Shown here in pieces: positions 1-12,965 of a stretch of DNA of 64,000 nt. The stretch is from Torpedo marmorata (lineage: Eukaryota): the NCBI GenBank assembly GCA_977017645.1, contig OZ360220.1:48794001-48858000 (forward strand). The letters run 5' to 3'. The position numbers and the translations under genes are program-made. The notes beneath the pieces were generated by a model. It was given only the letters and a program-made list of their open reading frames with translations. It made no database searches and had not been told where the DNA came from. Position 1 is the stretch's first letter; each line of letters starts with the position of its first letter.

Positions 1-680
1 AATTCCCTGAAGGTGGCGTCGCAGGTGGACAGGGTTATAAAGAAAGCTTTTGGCATCTTAGCCTTTATAAATCAAAGTATTGAGTATAGGAGTTGGGATG
101 TTATGTTGAAGTTGTTTAAGACATTGGTGAGGCCAAATTTGGAATATTGTTTGCAGTTCTGATCGCCTAACTACAGGAAGGATATCAGTAAGATTCAAAG
201 AGTGCAGAGAAGATTTACTAGGATGTTGCTGGGTCTTCAGGAGTTGAGTTACCGGGAAAGATTAAACAGGTTAGGAATTTATTCCTTGGAGCGAAGAAGA
301 ATGAGGGGAGATTTGATAAAGGTTTACAAGATTATGAGAGGCATAGACAGAGTGGATGCGAGTAGGCTTTTTCCACTTAGATTGGAGGAGATAAATACGA
401 GAGGTCATAGTTTTAAGCTGAAAGGTTTAGGGGTAACATTAGGGGAAAGTTCTTCACTCAGAGAGTGGTGGGAGTGTGGAATGAGCTGCCATCTGATGTG
501 GTGAATGTGGGCTTGATCTTAAGTTTTAAGAATAAATTAGGTAAATACATGGATGGGAGAGGTCTGGACGGTTATGGAATGGGAGCAGGTCAATGGGACT
601 AGCGGAATAATGGTCGGCACAGACTAGAATGGCTGAATAGCCTGTTTTCTCTGCTGTAGCGTTCTATGGTTCTATGGTTC
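1..680 (+). mobile_element. CR1 LINE 3' fragment (ORF2 C-terminus + 3' UTR), truncated by window edge
   Basis: ORF 202-504 (QRRFTRML..LERRRMRGDLI) is the typical CR1 ORF2 C-terminus. The element ends in the (TTCTATGG)n-type tail at ~661-680. Confidence 0.9.
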
Positions 681-875
681 GAATCCAGCGCTGTCTGTAA
701 GGAGTTTGTACGTTCTCCCTGTGTCTGCATGGGTTTCCTCCGGGTACTCCAATTTCCTCCCATCTTTCAAAACGTACTGGAGTTGTAGGTCAATTCGGTG
801 TAATTGGGCGGCACGGGCTCGTGGGTTGAAAGGGCCTGCTACCGTGCTGAATGTCTAAATTTAAATTTAATTTAA
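676..875 (+). mobile_element. tRNA-derived V-SINE (HE1-like), 5' part missing
   Basis: B-box GGTTCGAATCC, V-domain GGAGTTTGTACGTTCTCCC..GGGTTTCCTCCGGG and (TAAAT)n-like tail. Confidence 0.8.
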
Positions 876-1544
876 TATCAGTTGATCAGAGACACATGAC
901 CAAGCACACTGGAAACTTTGGAAGAACAGAGAATAGATTATTGTAAGCAATTATAACCTTTGTGGCAAGTCACAGCATTGCACTAAATTCTTGAACCATC
1001 GTATAGTTTTATGTAAAACTGGGAAACCATCAAAATTAGAATGGAAGAAAATCAGGCATGGCTGATTGGTCCACAATGCATTGATGCAATTGACTTAATT
1101 CATCAACTAATGAATATGATACAGTGATACTGCACAGTGTTTTGCCTCAAGCAATTTAGCGGGCCGTCAACAGAAATATTGTCAAGTCAGCAGTGTTGTT
1201 CTTTTTGATGGCAGCCTTCTCAACTTTGAGTCATTGTACGGTGGGTTGGGTTTGTGGACCTATAAGTACAAATCCAAGATAAACAAGCTGGTAAATTACT
1301 GAGGGAGTGATGCAATGTCTTGGTGCTGTCTTTCAGATGTAATGCTAAACTGTCCTTACGGTCAGATCTCAACTATCCAGTTCATTGGCAGGCAGTGGGT
1401 AATTTTTCCCTTTGTGTATTTGATGAAGATCTCTGTTAGTACCATGAAAAACAGACAAACGTGTCACTGTCTAAATGCAGCTTGCATGGGAACTGGCAAA
1501 AGTGTTTCCTGTATTTTCACAGCTCCTCTTGGTGAACATCAAAT

Positions 1545-1870
1545 TCCATTAAACCCCTCTCCACCCCCAATCTCTTGCTTTCCCTCATCCCTCTGACTCT
1601 CCATCTCTCCAGCCCCTCCCTTCCTTTCTCATCAGAGAGCATCCTCCTCAGCCCTCTGCCCCCCTTCAATATCACCTATCTCCCTTTTCTTTCCCCTTCC
1701 ACCTGTATCCACCTGCCACCTGCTGGCCTGTGCTCCTCCCCATTCCCCTTTACCCCCCACCTTCTTATTTGGAAGTCTGCCTGATTCTCAGCATATCTGA
1801 AGGGCTCAGGCCCGAAAGGTTGACTGCCTATTAGATGTTGCATGACTTGCTGAGTCTCTCCAGCATTCCT
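1545..1870 (+). mobile_element. Penelope-like element remnant (pseudo-LTR with degenerate hammerhead core)
   Basis: Pyrimidine tract, then CTGA-AGGGCTCAGGCCC-GAAA (1797-1817), then TGCTGAGTCTCTCCAGCA. Same repeat as 13126-13450 and 35150-35610. Confidence 0.65.
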
Positions 1871-2237
1871 GAGTGGTGTACCTCAGGGATCTGTGTTGGG
1901 ACCATTGTTGTTTGTTGTCTATGTCAATGATCTGGATGATAATGTGGTAAATTGGATCAGCAAGTTTGGTGATGACACAAAGATAGGTGGTGTTGTGGAC
2001 AGCAAGGAAGATTTTTAAAGCTTGCGGAGGGATCTGGACCAACTGGGAGAATGGGCCAAAAAATGGCAGATGGAGATTAATGCAGACAAGTGTGAGGTGT
2101 TGCATTTTGGAAGGGCAAACCAAGGTAAGGAATACACAGTAAATGGTAGGGCACTGAGGAGTGCAGAGGAGCAAAGAGATCTGGGAATACAGATACATAA
2201 TTCCCTGAAGGTGGCGTCGTAGGTGGACAGCGCCATA
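1871..2237 (+). mobile_element. CR1 RT internal fragment
   Basis: Encodes SGVPQGSVLGP..GDDTK..WQMEINADKC and matches 40150-40520. Confidence 0.85.
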
Positions 2238-2747
2238 CAAAAGAGTTGTGCCTGGCCAAGGAGAAAGGATTCATCAGACAGACAATGAAGACATCCTTCA
2301 ACTGGTCACACCACTGCAGAAAGAAAGCTGTAGTTACAAGAATGTTCCAAAGGACAGCTCAGGGACCCAGTGCTGCACTACTGACCAGCTGTAAGGAGTC
2401 ATGGTGGCCATGATTTGTGGACCTCAACAATGGGCTCAGCGAGTTCCTGCAGGAAGGAGGAGGAATAGACCACCCAAAAGGTCCTAAAACATCTCCATAC
2501 TTGAATAAGATGCTCAGGAACTGATGTGGTGAAGTAGAACTGGACTACAACACCCAAAATCTGGAATGGCTCGAGTGGCAATCTGTACAAAACCGTGGTG
2601 GAGAGCTCAGACTGGGATGAGGATCACAGCAAGGCCAATTTGTAACCTTTACATTGTGTGCCCCTTAATGAGAAGATGGACAAGCAAAGAAGACAGCAAC
2701 TTCATATCAATAATGGTAAATTGGCTATTCAGAATTCCTCAAGCATA

Positions 2748-5068
2748 TCAAGTCAAGTTTATTGTCATCTGATTGTACAAGTACAACCCGATGAAACAGC
2801 GTTCTCTGGTCCTCGGTGCAAAAACATGCAGACACACAACCAGACATAACACACATACAGACAAATAATACATATGCAGGACGTATTATATCTATATAAA
2901 TAAATAAATATTGTTTTGTACAAATATGAGTCTCGGATGGTTAGTGTGAGCAGTTCCTTTGGTCGTTCAGCATTCTCACTACCCATGGGAAGAATCTGTT
3001 CCTCAGCCTGGTGGTGCTGGCTCTGACACTCCTGTATCTCTACCCTGACGGGAGCAGCTGAAAGAAGCTGTGTGCAGGGTGGAAGGGGTCCTCAATGATT
3101 TTGTGTGCCCTCTTCAGACAACGATCCCAGTAGATCACGTCAATGGGAGGGGGCGGGGAGGAGTGAGACTCCAGTGATCCTGTTGCCTCTCTTATGGTTC
3201 TGTGGATTAACCTCCAATCCATTTCTCTGCAGAAAACTTACCACACTGTGATGCAGCCGGCCAGGATGCTCTCTATAGTACTCCTGTAGAAAGTTGACGT
3301 AATGGTAGCCAGTAGCCTTGCCCACTTCAGTCTTCTCAGGAAGTGCAGTCACTGTTGTGTCTTCCTAACAAGTGAGGAGATGCTGAGTGTCCATGATAGG
3401 TCACTAGTTAAGTGAACTCCAAGGAACTTGGTGCTCTCCACTCTCTCTACTACAGAGTTGTTGATGTGTAGTGGAGGGTGGTCGTTCCTGGTCCTCCTGA
3501 AGTCCACGATTATCTCCTTCGTCTTGTCCACTTTGAGACTCAGGTTGTTACTCTCGCATCATTTCACAAGATTTTCCACCTCTTCTCTGTAGTGCCTCTC
3601 ATCATTGTTGCTGATGAGGCCAAGTACTATTGTGTCATCGGCAAACTTGATGACACTGTTGGAGCTGGATCAGGCGATGCAGTCATTGGTCAGTAGCGTG
3701 AACAGGAGCGGGCTGAGCACACAGTCCTGAGGTGCGCCAGTGCTCAGCGTGACGATGCTCGATATTTTGCTACCGACCCGGACAGACTGTGGTCTTTCTG
3801 TTAGGAAGTCCAGGATCCAATTACAGAGAGGGGTGTTGAGTCCCAGCGACGACTGCTTCTCCACCAGCCTCTGGGGAATGATCGTATTAAACGCCAAGCT
3901 GAAGTCAATGAACAGCAGCCTGGCATATGAGGCATCGTTCTCCAGGTGGGCCAGGACGGAGTGAAGCGACAAGGCCATAGCATCGTCTGTAGAATGGTTT
4001 GTTCTATAGTCAAATTGAAATGGGTCCAGTGTCTCTGGGAGGTGTGCTTTGATGCGTTCCATCACCAGACGCTCAAAGCATTTCATAATGGTAGAGGTCT
4101 GTGCCACAGGGCGGTAGTCACTGAGGCCTGTTATTGTCGTCCTCTTGGGTACCGGGATGATGGTGGCTGTCTTGTTCCCTGCGGGAACGATGGACTGCTG
4201 CAGTGAGGTGTTGAAGATGTCCGTGAAGACCTCCGTCAATTGGTCTGCGCAGTCCTTCAGTACGCGACCAGGTATGTTGCCTGGTCCCGCCGTCTTGTGT
4301 GCGTTCACCTTGGATAGGGTTCCCCTCACCTCGGTCGCGGCTATGCGGGGGGCCTGTTCATCAGGGGGGCATGGAGCTTTCTTTGGCATCATCCTATTCT
4401 TCTTATCAAACTGTGCATAGAAGGTGTTCAGTCTGCCCGGAAGGGTGGCGTCATTGTCCTTAATTCGCAAGGTTGACTTGTGATCTGTAATAGCCTTGAT
4501 CCCTTGCCACATGCGCCTCCTGTCACCAGTGTCGCACAGCTCTCTGTGGATCTTCTGTGCGTACCCACGCTTTGCCTTCCGGATTGCATGGGAGAGTTCA
4601 GCCCTGGCTGATCTTTGTGCCATCCTTTCCCCTGTCCTGAAGGCAGCATCACGAGCTCTGAGAAGCACCCGGACCTCTGCATCCAACCATAGTTTTTGGT
4701 TAGCCCTGGTTGTGAAGCATTTGATCTCGGTGACATACTCAATGCATTTGCTGATGTAGCCAGTCACTGAGCTCGTGTATCCTCTATGTTTAAATGACCG
4801 TTGTAGGTGGCCGCCTCCCTGAAACAGCTCCAGTCCGTGGTTTCAAAGCAGTCTTGCAGCAATGATGTGGCCCCTCCTGGCCACGTCCTGATCTCCCTGT
4901 GAACTGATCTAGTTTGCCTTGCCAGCAGTCTGTACGCCAGGGTTAGCAGGACAGATATGTGATCTGAGTAACCAAGGTGGCGGCGGTGTGCAGCCTTAAA
5001 TGCAACAGGGACATTGGTATACACCCGATCCAGGGTGTTCTCTCTTCTGGTGGCGAAGTTCACATGTG
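2748..5068 (-). mobile_element. Rex1/Babar LINE, 5'-truncated (end of endonuclease + RT), (ACTTG)n tail subfamily
   Basis: Minus ORFs 4764-5171, 3670-4767 (YRPVA, LFIDFS, GAPQ), 3349-3531 and 3040-3222. AATAAA + ACTTG repeats at 2748-2763. Frameshifted. Confidence 0.9.
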
Positions 5069-5263
5069 GATGGTCTCTATTAATGCAAGTCTTTCTTCTC
5101 TTCCTAGCCCTGACAGTTATGCAAAATATTTTCCCCTGAATGTCTCCCTGTTGGGAACATAGGACGACCATTGATTTTTACTTCTGAAGTATTTTTTTGG
5201 AATTAACTTTGTAAAGTCACCTGTAAGTGATCAAACATTCAGTGGTTCCTCCCATGTAAGAGT

Positions 5264-5512
5264 GGCACAGTTATGGTTAGCATAGTGGTTAGCACAATGC
5301 TATTACAGCGCCAGTGACCTGGGTTCGAATCCAGCGCTGTCTGTATGGAGTTTGTACATTCTCCCCGTGACCTGTGTGGGTTTCCCCCGGGTGCTCCGGT
5401 TTCCTCCCACCCTCCAAATATTTAGAGTTGATAGGTTAATTTGGTGTAATTGGCTGGCACGGGTTTCATTGACCAGAAAGGCCTTCTCTCATGCTGTATC
5501 ATTCAAATTTAA
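5264..5512 (+). mobile_element. V-SINE (HE1-like), full length
   Basis: A-box TAGCATAGTGGT, B-box GGTTCGAATCC, V-domain and AT-rich tail. Confidence 0.85.
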
Positions 5513-6650
5513 AAAAATAAATGAAACAACGAGAGAGTCTTTACAAATATGCTTTTACTGCAATTGCTAAAACTTTTAAATGATTTTAATTTTCCAAATG
5601 ATTCAATGATGTAACTACACCACATTGTTTGCAGATGTTGTGCTGGAATTTTTTACAGACATATATCTAAACTATTTTGACACTTCATGATTTGAGCATT
5701 CCCATTTGTATGTTTGTTCCCTGTGCTTTTTCCAGCTCTCAGATTAGATAGTTAACTTTGCCTCAACTATTACATTTGTAAGGAGCTGGTCCTGCTGAGA
5801 TAGTGGGTGGTCAGGGAATAGAGATAATGCTCCTGAAAGCAATTTGGAATAGATTTAGTAATCCTTCAGTACAGGAGGAAATCAATGTGCCACAATTCAA
5901 AAATCAGCCTGATAATGTTAATTCTGAGTCTTTGCTGAACATTAACTTTGCTTGTTGTGTTTACCCAGTCTCGCTCATGGGACCGAGGGAGAGTCCATGA
6001 GGGAGGAATCGCAGGGAACGTTACATTCTGTGTTATCAACTAATATCCCAGATTAATACTGCTGGTTTCTTTATTTCCACAAGGATGGATAGATAATACC
6101 AAAGCTCAACTGCACACTTAGTGGGTTATGCCTCAAAGTCATGCATTTTCTCCAATCTCTATCCACTGTGGGAGTGATCGACCATAAACTCAAATCTCTC
6201 AGGGTGATGTTGGAATTCCCAACTTTTAGTCCATTATCTAAGCTCCTTGTTGACAAAGATACACTCCAGTCTCATCATATCTGCCCTTGCTACACAATAT
6301 AAGTTAGCAAAAGGATAATCCTCCCTGAAGCTCTTACCTATAACCTTAAATATGTGTCTCCTGGTCCTTGTTCCATCAGCCGATGGCAACTGTTTTTTTT
6401 TGTCTCACTTGCCATACCCTTGTGCACCTCAAATTTGGTTGAATCCAATACCATATAGATCATGAAATAAATTAATCCACAGATCACATGCTCAATGCAC
6501 AACACACTTGAGTCTCCATATTGCGCTCAGCTTCCAAAATCTGGTTTCATTGAAGTCAAAGCAATTGGAATCAGCGGAAGATTTTGTTGCATCTACACCA
6601 TGTGGGTTTCAATGAGAAGACCACCCTTAATTGCCTTAGAGAACCTAATA

Positions 6651-7300
6651 CAGAAAAATCCCTGGTATCTGGAATTCAAGCAACCGGCAGTCTCAAGTAA
6701 CTGGCAAAAAAATCAAGGAAAATAGATAAATTTAAAAATAAATAAGAATAAAATAATAGGTTAAAAATACGTAAGTGTTAAATTGGTGCACCTCGACGAT
6801 AGTTTGCCAATCCACCACCCGCACGCCAAGCGACACCTGCAATCAGTTTAAGTTTTATTCAACTTAATTCTTTTGTAAAAAGTTTATTAAGTTCAAGTAG
6901 CAAGTGAAGTTTGTTCAGTGGAAGCTGAAAATAGTCTATTTAGTTGATTTTGAATTTTTTTAAAAAAGATTTCTAACTTCCAGGAATTACCTGATTGAAG
7001 TGAACTTTACAGTGAACTTTACATAATTAAGGACTACAATGCTGATTTTTTTTTCAAGTTACTTTACATTTTACACTGCTTAAGGGGAATACAGCTTACC
7101 TAAACAACAACCAGGCTCTGAAGACCTACTTGTGATGGTAAGTACAGTATAGTATTTTTGTCTTTTGTCTTTTTAACTGTTTATTCTGAATGCAGGTGTA
7201 TTAGTTAGGCATTGTAAAAGTAAGTCTCAAGCAACCGGAAAAAAACACTTGTCCGGCATCTACTAATCCCCATAGTTGCCGGATACCAGGGGCTTTACTT
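6651..7300. mobile_element. Non-autonomous Tc1/mariner (pogo/Tigger-like) DNA transposon
   Basis: TA|CAGAAAAATCCCTGGTATCTGG ... CCGGATACCAGGGGCTTTACTT|TA gives imperfect ~24-bp TIRs with a TA TSD. No transposase ORF. Confidence 0.7.
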
Positions 7301-7647
7301 TAGTAAGCCACCTTCTTGAATTGCAACAGTTAGTATGATGGGGTTACATGGTCCTCGTAAACCAGAATCTAGAGATATGGAAAAAAAACAGAAAATGCTG
7401 GAAACGCTCATCAGGTCAGGGAACATCTGCGGGAAAGAGTTAACACATCAGGTTGATGATATTTAAATGCGATATTTTTTCCAAGTCAGTATGTTGTATG
7501 ACTATAATAGAAAATTGAAAATGGTGGCATTCCCCACACATTCAACTGTCTTTCTTGGTAGTGGATGTTACGGATTTGCGAGGTGTTGATGAAGAGAACT
7601 TGCATATTTAAGATGAGGGATGGTTGCCGAAGATGCAAGCTACTCAG

Positions 7648-10600
7648 TGTGATGTTTCTTTTATTGTAATAAAGAAACTTGGGTTCTTTTAAAACAACTA
7701 TATTTTATTAGCTATAGACTCAAGACCGTGTGGAGGCATCCATCTTGAATCCAACCAAAGCTGCCAAAAACTAGCCTCCGACTCCCACTAGTGATCAAGA
7801 GGATCACTAGCACTCTATCATTACATCCCCTTTCCTTGAGATGTTTAATCTAACAACATGACACACTAATACAGTATTCATTTCAATTTAAAGTTCAACA
7901 CAAATGTAAACACAACATCAGCAGCACAAATTTTAAGTGTGCAGTTCTTTTTCTTTTAGAGATTCAGCCTGTCAGGTGCTTTAATAACATGTGTGGATCT
8001 TCTTAACACAGGTGCTTGTGTCGGCTCTGCTGGTCCTCTACTGTCTAGCACTGGTGGTATTTCCTCTGTTGCTGTGCAGGCTGGATCTTCTGCACTTGTC
8101 TGTTCCTGCAGTGTCTCTTATGTTTTCAGCAGGCTCTTTTGATTCTTTCTCAGTATTTGACCATCCTCTGTTCTGACAGTGTAGGATCTTGGATTTACTT
8201 CCTCCAGAACAGTAGCCTTTTTGTCCCAAGTGTTGGAATCTCTGAGTCTCATTGTGTCATGTTGTGCCAGTGGCCCTAAGTTTCTTGCTGACTTGTTATA
8301 GTTTGCTTTTTGTCTCCATTGCAGACGCTTTTGTTTCCGTTCGACATCTTCGACATCTCTGTTCTTGTTTGGGTCTGCAGAGTAGGGAAGTGTGGTGCAT
8401 AGTCTATGTCCCATCAGAAGCTCAGTGGATGACATGCCATGTTCAAGTAGCGAAGCTCTGTAACTCAATAGAACTAGATACAGGTCTGAGCCACTGTCTT
8501 GTGCTTTCTTGAGCAACTATTTAACTATGTGAACTCCTTTCTCTGCTTTACCGTTTGGCTGTGGATGCAGAGGACTTGAAGTCACATGTCGAAAATCACA
8601 CTCTCTGCAAAGTTCTGGAATTCTCTACAACTGTAGCATGGTCCATTGTCACTGTAGACACTTCAAGGATTGATTTCATATATTTGATCACACAAGCAGC
8701 AGACATATTAGGAAGCAGCGCAATCTTCAGATAGTTCGATAGATAATCAATAACCATCAAGTAATTCTTTCCATCCATGTGGAACAGATCAGTCCCAACT
8801 TTCTGCCATGGTTCTGCTGGTAAATCAGTTATTATCATGGGTTCCTTTGTCTGCTTTGCGTGATGTTTCAAACAGGTCTGACAGCTTGAAACCATCCTGT
8901 CAATGTTAGTGTTTATCCCTGATCAATAAACAGCAGTTCTGGCCCTTCTCTTGCATTTTTCCATTCCAAGGTGCCCCTCATGCACCCTTTTCAGCATCTC
9001 TTGTCGCAGTGATTGAGGAATGATAATTCTGCTCTTCTGAGTAGAAGCCCATTGACAACAATCAGCTCAGCTCTGATGTTGTAGTATGGCTGACATTCAC
9101 CTCTAGGCCATCCTTCATTCAGATTCTTGATGACCTTCTGTAGAACTGTGTCCTTTTCTGTTTCAGCTTCGAACTGCTTGGATTTCATGTCAGATACGGG
9201 AAGAGATTCAGTGATCAGATTCACGTGGAGATTCACATCTGTCTCTGTTGAACTCTCATTGTGTGCTTCACTCTGCATCGTTGCCCTGGATAACACATCA
9301 GCTAACACAATAGGTTTCCCTGGTGTGTACACCCTCTTGACTATGCTTAAGTTTTCACATGCTTTATCACCCAGCAGTGATTCATGTCTATCTGGGACTG
9401 CTGCGAACCTGAGGTGGTGCTCTTTATCTTTAACTTTCACCTTGAGTTTATATGTACCTTTCATGTCGATGCTCTGTCCATTGTAGGCTTTGAGCTGTAC
9501 AGGATTTGCATGGATGTATGGCTTTATCTTCATTACCCTGATGTCGTGCTCACAGATCAAATTGACCTTTGCCCCTGTGTCCAGCTTGAAAGGAATATTT
9601 GTTCCATTTGTGTGCAATGACACAGTCCACTTATCCTGCTCGACTCTGTTCACGCTTGGCTGTTCAGTGTCTGTTGCTTTAGAATCTTTCTGCACTACCA
9701 TGCCCACGAAGAGTGTATCACTGAGAGCAGTTTCTTCGAAAGTGTGCACAGATTCACTTCTGTTTTTTTTCCCTTTGGAAAAACATTGCTTTGCATAATG
9801 ATTCTGCTCTTTGCACTTATTACAGACTTTTCCATAGGCTTGGCATCATTTTGGTGCATGTTGAGTGCCACATCATTTGCAATTGAATGTCTCTCCATCT
9901 TTTTGTTGTTTCCTATATCTCATTTTTGTGTGTGTGTGTGTTTCACTGGCTTTTGCACTCTCATCGAACTTTTTCGCATGCTGTAGAGCTATTTCACTGG
10001 CGTGGCATATCTTCACATCTCCAGCTAAGGTAAGCTCTGTCTCTCGCAGCAATCTCTCTCTCACTTTCTTATCAATAATCCTGAACACAATTTGATCATG
10101 GAACATTGAATCTTGCAGCGATCCAAAATTGCATGCTCTTGCTTTTAATTTCAAGTCCGTTAAAAAAAGTATCAAAGCTCTCTCCCTGAAGCTGCGTGCG
10201 CGAGCGAAACACGTACCTCTCGAACATCTCATTTTTTCTTTGGTGAACAGTGTTCATCAAACATCTCGATAACCTTGTCAAACTTGCCCTGGTCTTCTGC
10301 CTCGGCAAAAACAAATGTATTGAAAACCTCTAGTGCTTGAGGTCCCGCCACAGTAAGTAGCAGTGCAATCCTCCATGCATCAGGTTTGCTATCGAGTCCA
10401 ATGGCTTGCAGGTACAGCATGAATCTTTGTTTGAACAACCTCCACTCGTGGTCGACATTTCCAGTCCAATTTACTGCACCAGGAGCCTTTACACTCTCCA
10501 TAACTCTGTTGATAATGACTGATAAACACTCTGCACACTCCTGGTGTTTCTTCCACTCCTGGTACCATGTGATGTTTCTTTTATTGTAATAAAGAAACTT

Positions 10601-10745
10601 GGGTTCTTTTAAAACAACTATATTTTATTAGCTGTAGACTCAAGACCGTGTGGAGGCATCCATCTTGAATCCAACTGAAGCTGCCACAAACTAGTCTCTG
10701 ACTCCCTCTAGTGGTCAGGAGGATCACTAGCACTCTATCATTACA
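7648..10745 (-). mobile_element. Gypsy LTR retrotransposon, internally deleted (gag, PR, RNaseH tail, partial INT; no RT)
   Basis: 178-bp LTRs at 7648-7825 and 10568-10745 (TG..CA; 9 mismatches counted). TSD CTCAG/CTTAG. PBS TGGTACCAGGAGTGG (tRNA-Leu-like) at 10553-10567. PPT at 7826-7840. gag ORFs 10229-10501 and 9873-10232, protease LDTGA, integrase fragments 8596-8895 and 8118-8516. Confidence 0.93.
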
Positions 10746-11035
10746 CTTAGTCCAGAGTGATGTTAGGTTTTTGAGAGCTTTTTGAGCTTTACTTACTCAG
10801 TCAGACACTGCAGGAAGACTTTTGGATGTCTGCAGGAAAGACCGCTTAATATTTCAAGAATAGCATTTAAATAATGAGCTAAAAAAAAATTTTTTATGAA
10901 TTGAAAGGGAACAAAATGCAGATGCTGGAAATCTGAAACAAAACCAGGCAGGATCCATAACCAGTTATCATTCCAGGCTTAAACTCCTGGCTCAGACGAC
11001 TGAGAAAAGTTTTGCACTTAATCGGTATCAGATTA

Positions 11036-11300
11036 TTTTAAATTTAAATTTAGACATACAGCACTGTAACAGGCCAATTCGGCCCTACGAGTCCGTGCCA
11101 CCCAATTTACACCTCATTAACCTACACCCAAGTACGTTTTTTTTTGAAGGGTGGGAGGAAACCGGAGCCCCCAGAGAAAACCCAAGCAGACACGGGGAGA
11201 ACGTACAAACTCCTTACAGACAGCGCGGGATTCAAACCCAGGTCCGGTCCTGATCACTGGCACTGTAAAGGCATTGCGCTAACCACTACACCAACCATGC
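11036..11300 (-). mobile_element. V-SINE (HE1-like)
   Basis: Reverse complement of A/B boxes, V-domain and (TAAATT)n tail. Confidence 0.85.
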
Positions 11301-12641
11301 TATTGGCAATAGTGTAGATTTAAACAAGTTATTAAAACAGGATGGCATTATCAGAACACTCTTCGCATAAACTTCAGTAGAAATTTTAAGGAAAGTGACA
11401 ATCTATGAGAAGATATCCCTGTCACCAAGTTTAAAGATTTTCTTTTGCTAAAATAGCCACATTTCTTAAGGAGTTACTGAAATGGGTATGCAAGTTTTGA
11501 AATGTTACCTGTGCAGAGAGATTAGTTGCTTAAGGGTAAAATACTATGCATCTTGTTTGTATGAGAACTTCTTGCTTTTTTTCCAAAAATGCATTTTCAG
11601 CAAAGTATTTTTAAATACATTCATGCATTTGAAAGTATTACAACAAGTACCCTTTGTATACAGAATACGACAATAATAGCAGTGTGGAATTTTAGATTTG
11701 TCACAACTAGCAAGAAACGAGAGTGCATCGATATTAATCGGTGTTAGCTTCCCTTTTCTTGCTTTAACTCGGAGAAGATATTAATGTCAACAAAAACCTT
11801 TTTTCCCTTAGCTTTGATCTTTATTTCCTTCGGGTATTCAAACTCCTTTTGATCTCGCAGGACTGACATCATCATTAAGGAATGGAATTACTGGTCAGCA
11901 AATCAGAAAACAGTTCATTATCAGGTGAGCCTCAGGGATGCAACCTCATTGGCCAACTGATATCTAACCATTTTCGTTTTTGGGGAAGGTCCAATCACCC
12001 CCTTAATTCACATGAAATGTGCTTGTTGCTCAATCAGCCTGTGGCTGGTTTGTTTGCTCTTGGTGAATAAACCTTTCTTGAACCTTTGATGGTATATCAG
12101 GATATGAACTAATGCTATAACAAGGTTGACTTGTCAGAATCTATTCATCCAGCTTGATTGATGGACTAAAATGATCGGGCTACAGCGTATCCCTTCCATG
12201 TGTATTCTGTTGATATTTTGCCACAGAATTAGCATTGTGTAATGCAGGGCAATAGGCATTCAATCCAAATGATTTAATTTATGCAAAACTGGGATGCTTC
12301 ATCAGCGCTGTGGGAAATGTTGTCAGAAAGTATGTGAAAGGCATCTTATGTGTGGTAACAACAGGCCACACAAAATGCTACCATCACTAAAATATTGACA
12401 GAGCGTACTGTTGCCTTGACATGTTGGTGTACAAGGGGATAATAGTACGTTGGTTCATGAGGCAAACGAATTAATGATGCAGATACATCATGTAATTTTA
12501 AATGCAAATTGGTGATCAGATTTCTTAAGGAAGTCTATGGCTCAGTTTCATCCTTAAGGAGATGCAAATCCTTCTTTGCTGAGGTACGTGTTTAGCACTC
12601 CAGAGTCAGCACCATCTCCCAGAAAACTTAGTCCTCTATTT

Positions 12642-12886
12642 GCACAGTTAGCGTAGCGGTTAGCGCAATGCTGTTACAGTGCCTGTGACCAGGGTTAAAA
12701 TCCGGCGCGGACTGTAAGAAGTTTGTACATTCTCCCCATGTCTGCGAGGGTCTCCTCCGGGTGCTCAGGTTTCCTCCCACCTTCAAAACATTCTGTGGTT
12801 GTAGGTTAATTGGGTGTAATTGGGTGGTATGAGCTCATAGGCTGAAAGGACCTGTTACCGTGCTCTATATCTAAATTTCAATTTAA
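12642..12886 (+). mobile_element. V-SINE (HE1-like)
   Basis: TAGCGTAGCGGTTAGCGC A-box, degenerate B-box, V-domain and tail. Confidence 0.85.
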
Positions 12887-12965
12887 AATAAATTGAAAGC
12901 TTTAGATGGCAGCGAGGAGGAGCCACTGGACAACCTACTAAATCTCCTGAAGAAGTTAAAACTCT

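Noticed and set aside
5275-5335. tRNA gene
   Set aside because: A/B boxes are present, but the sequence continues into the V-SINE body and tail, and it recurs in several copies.
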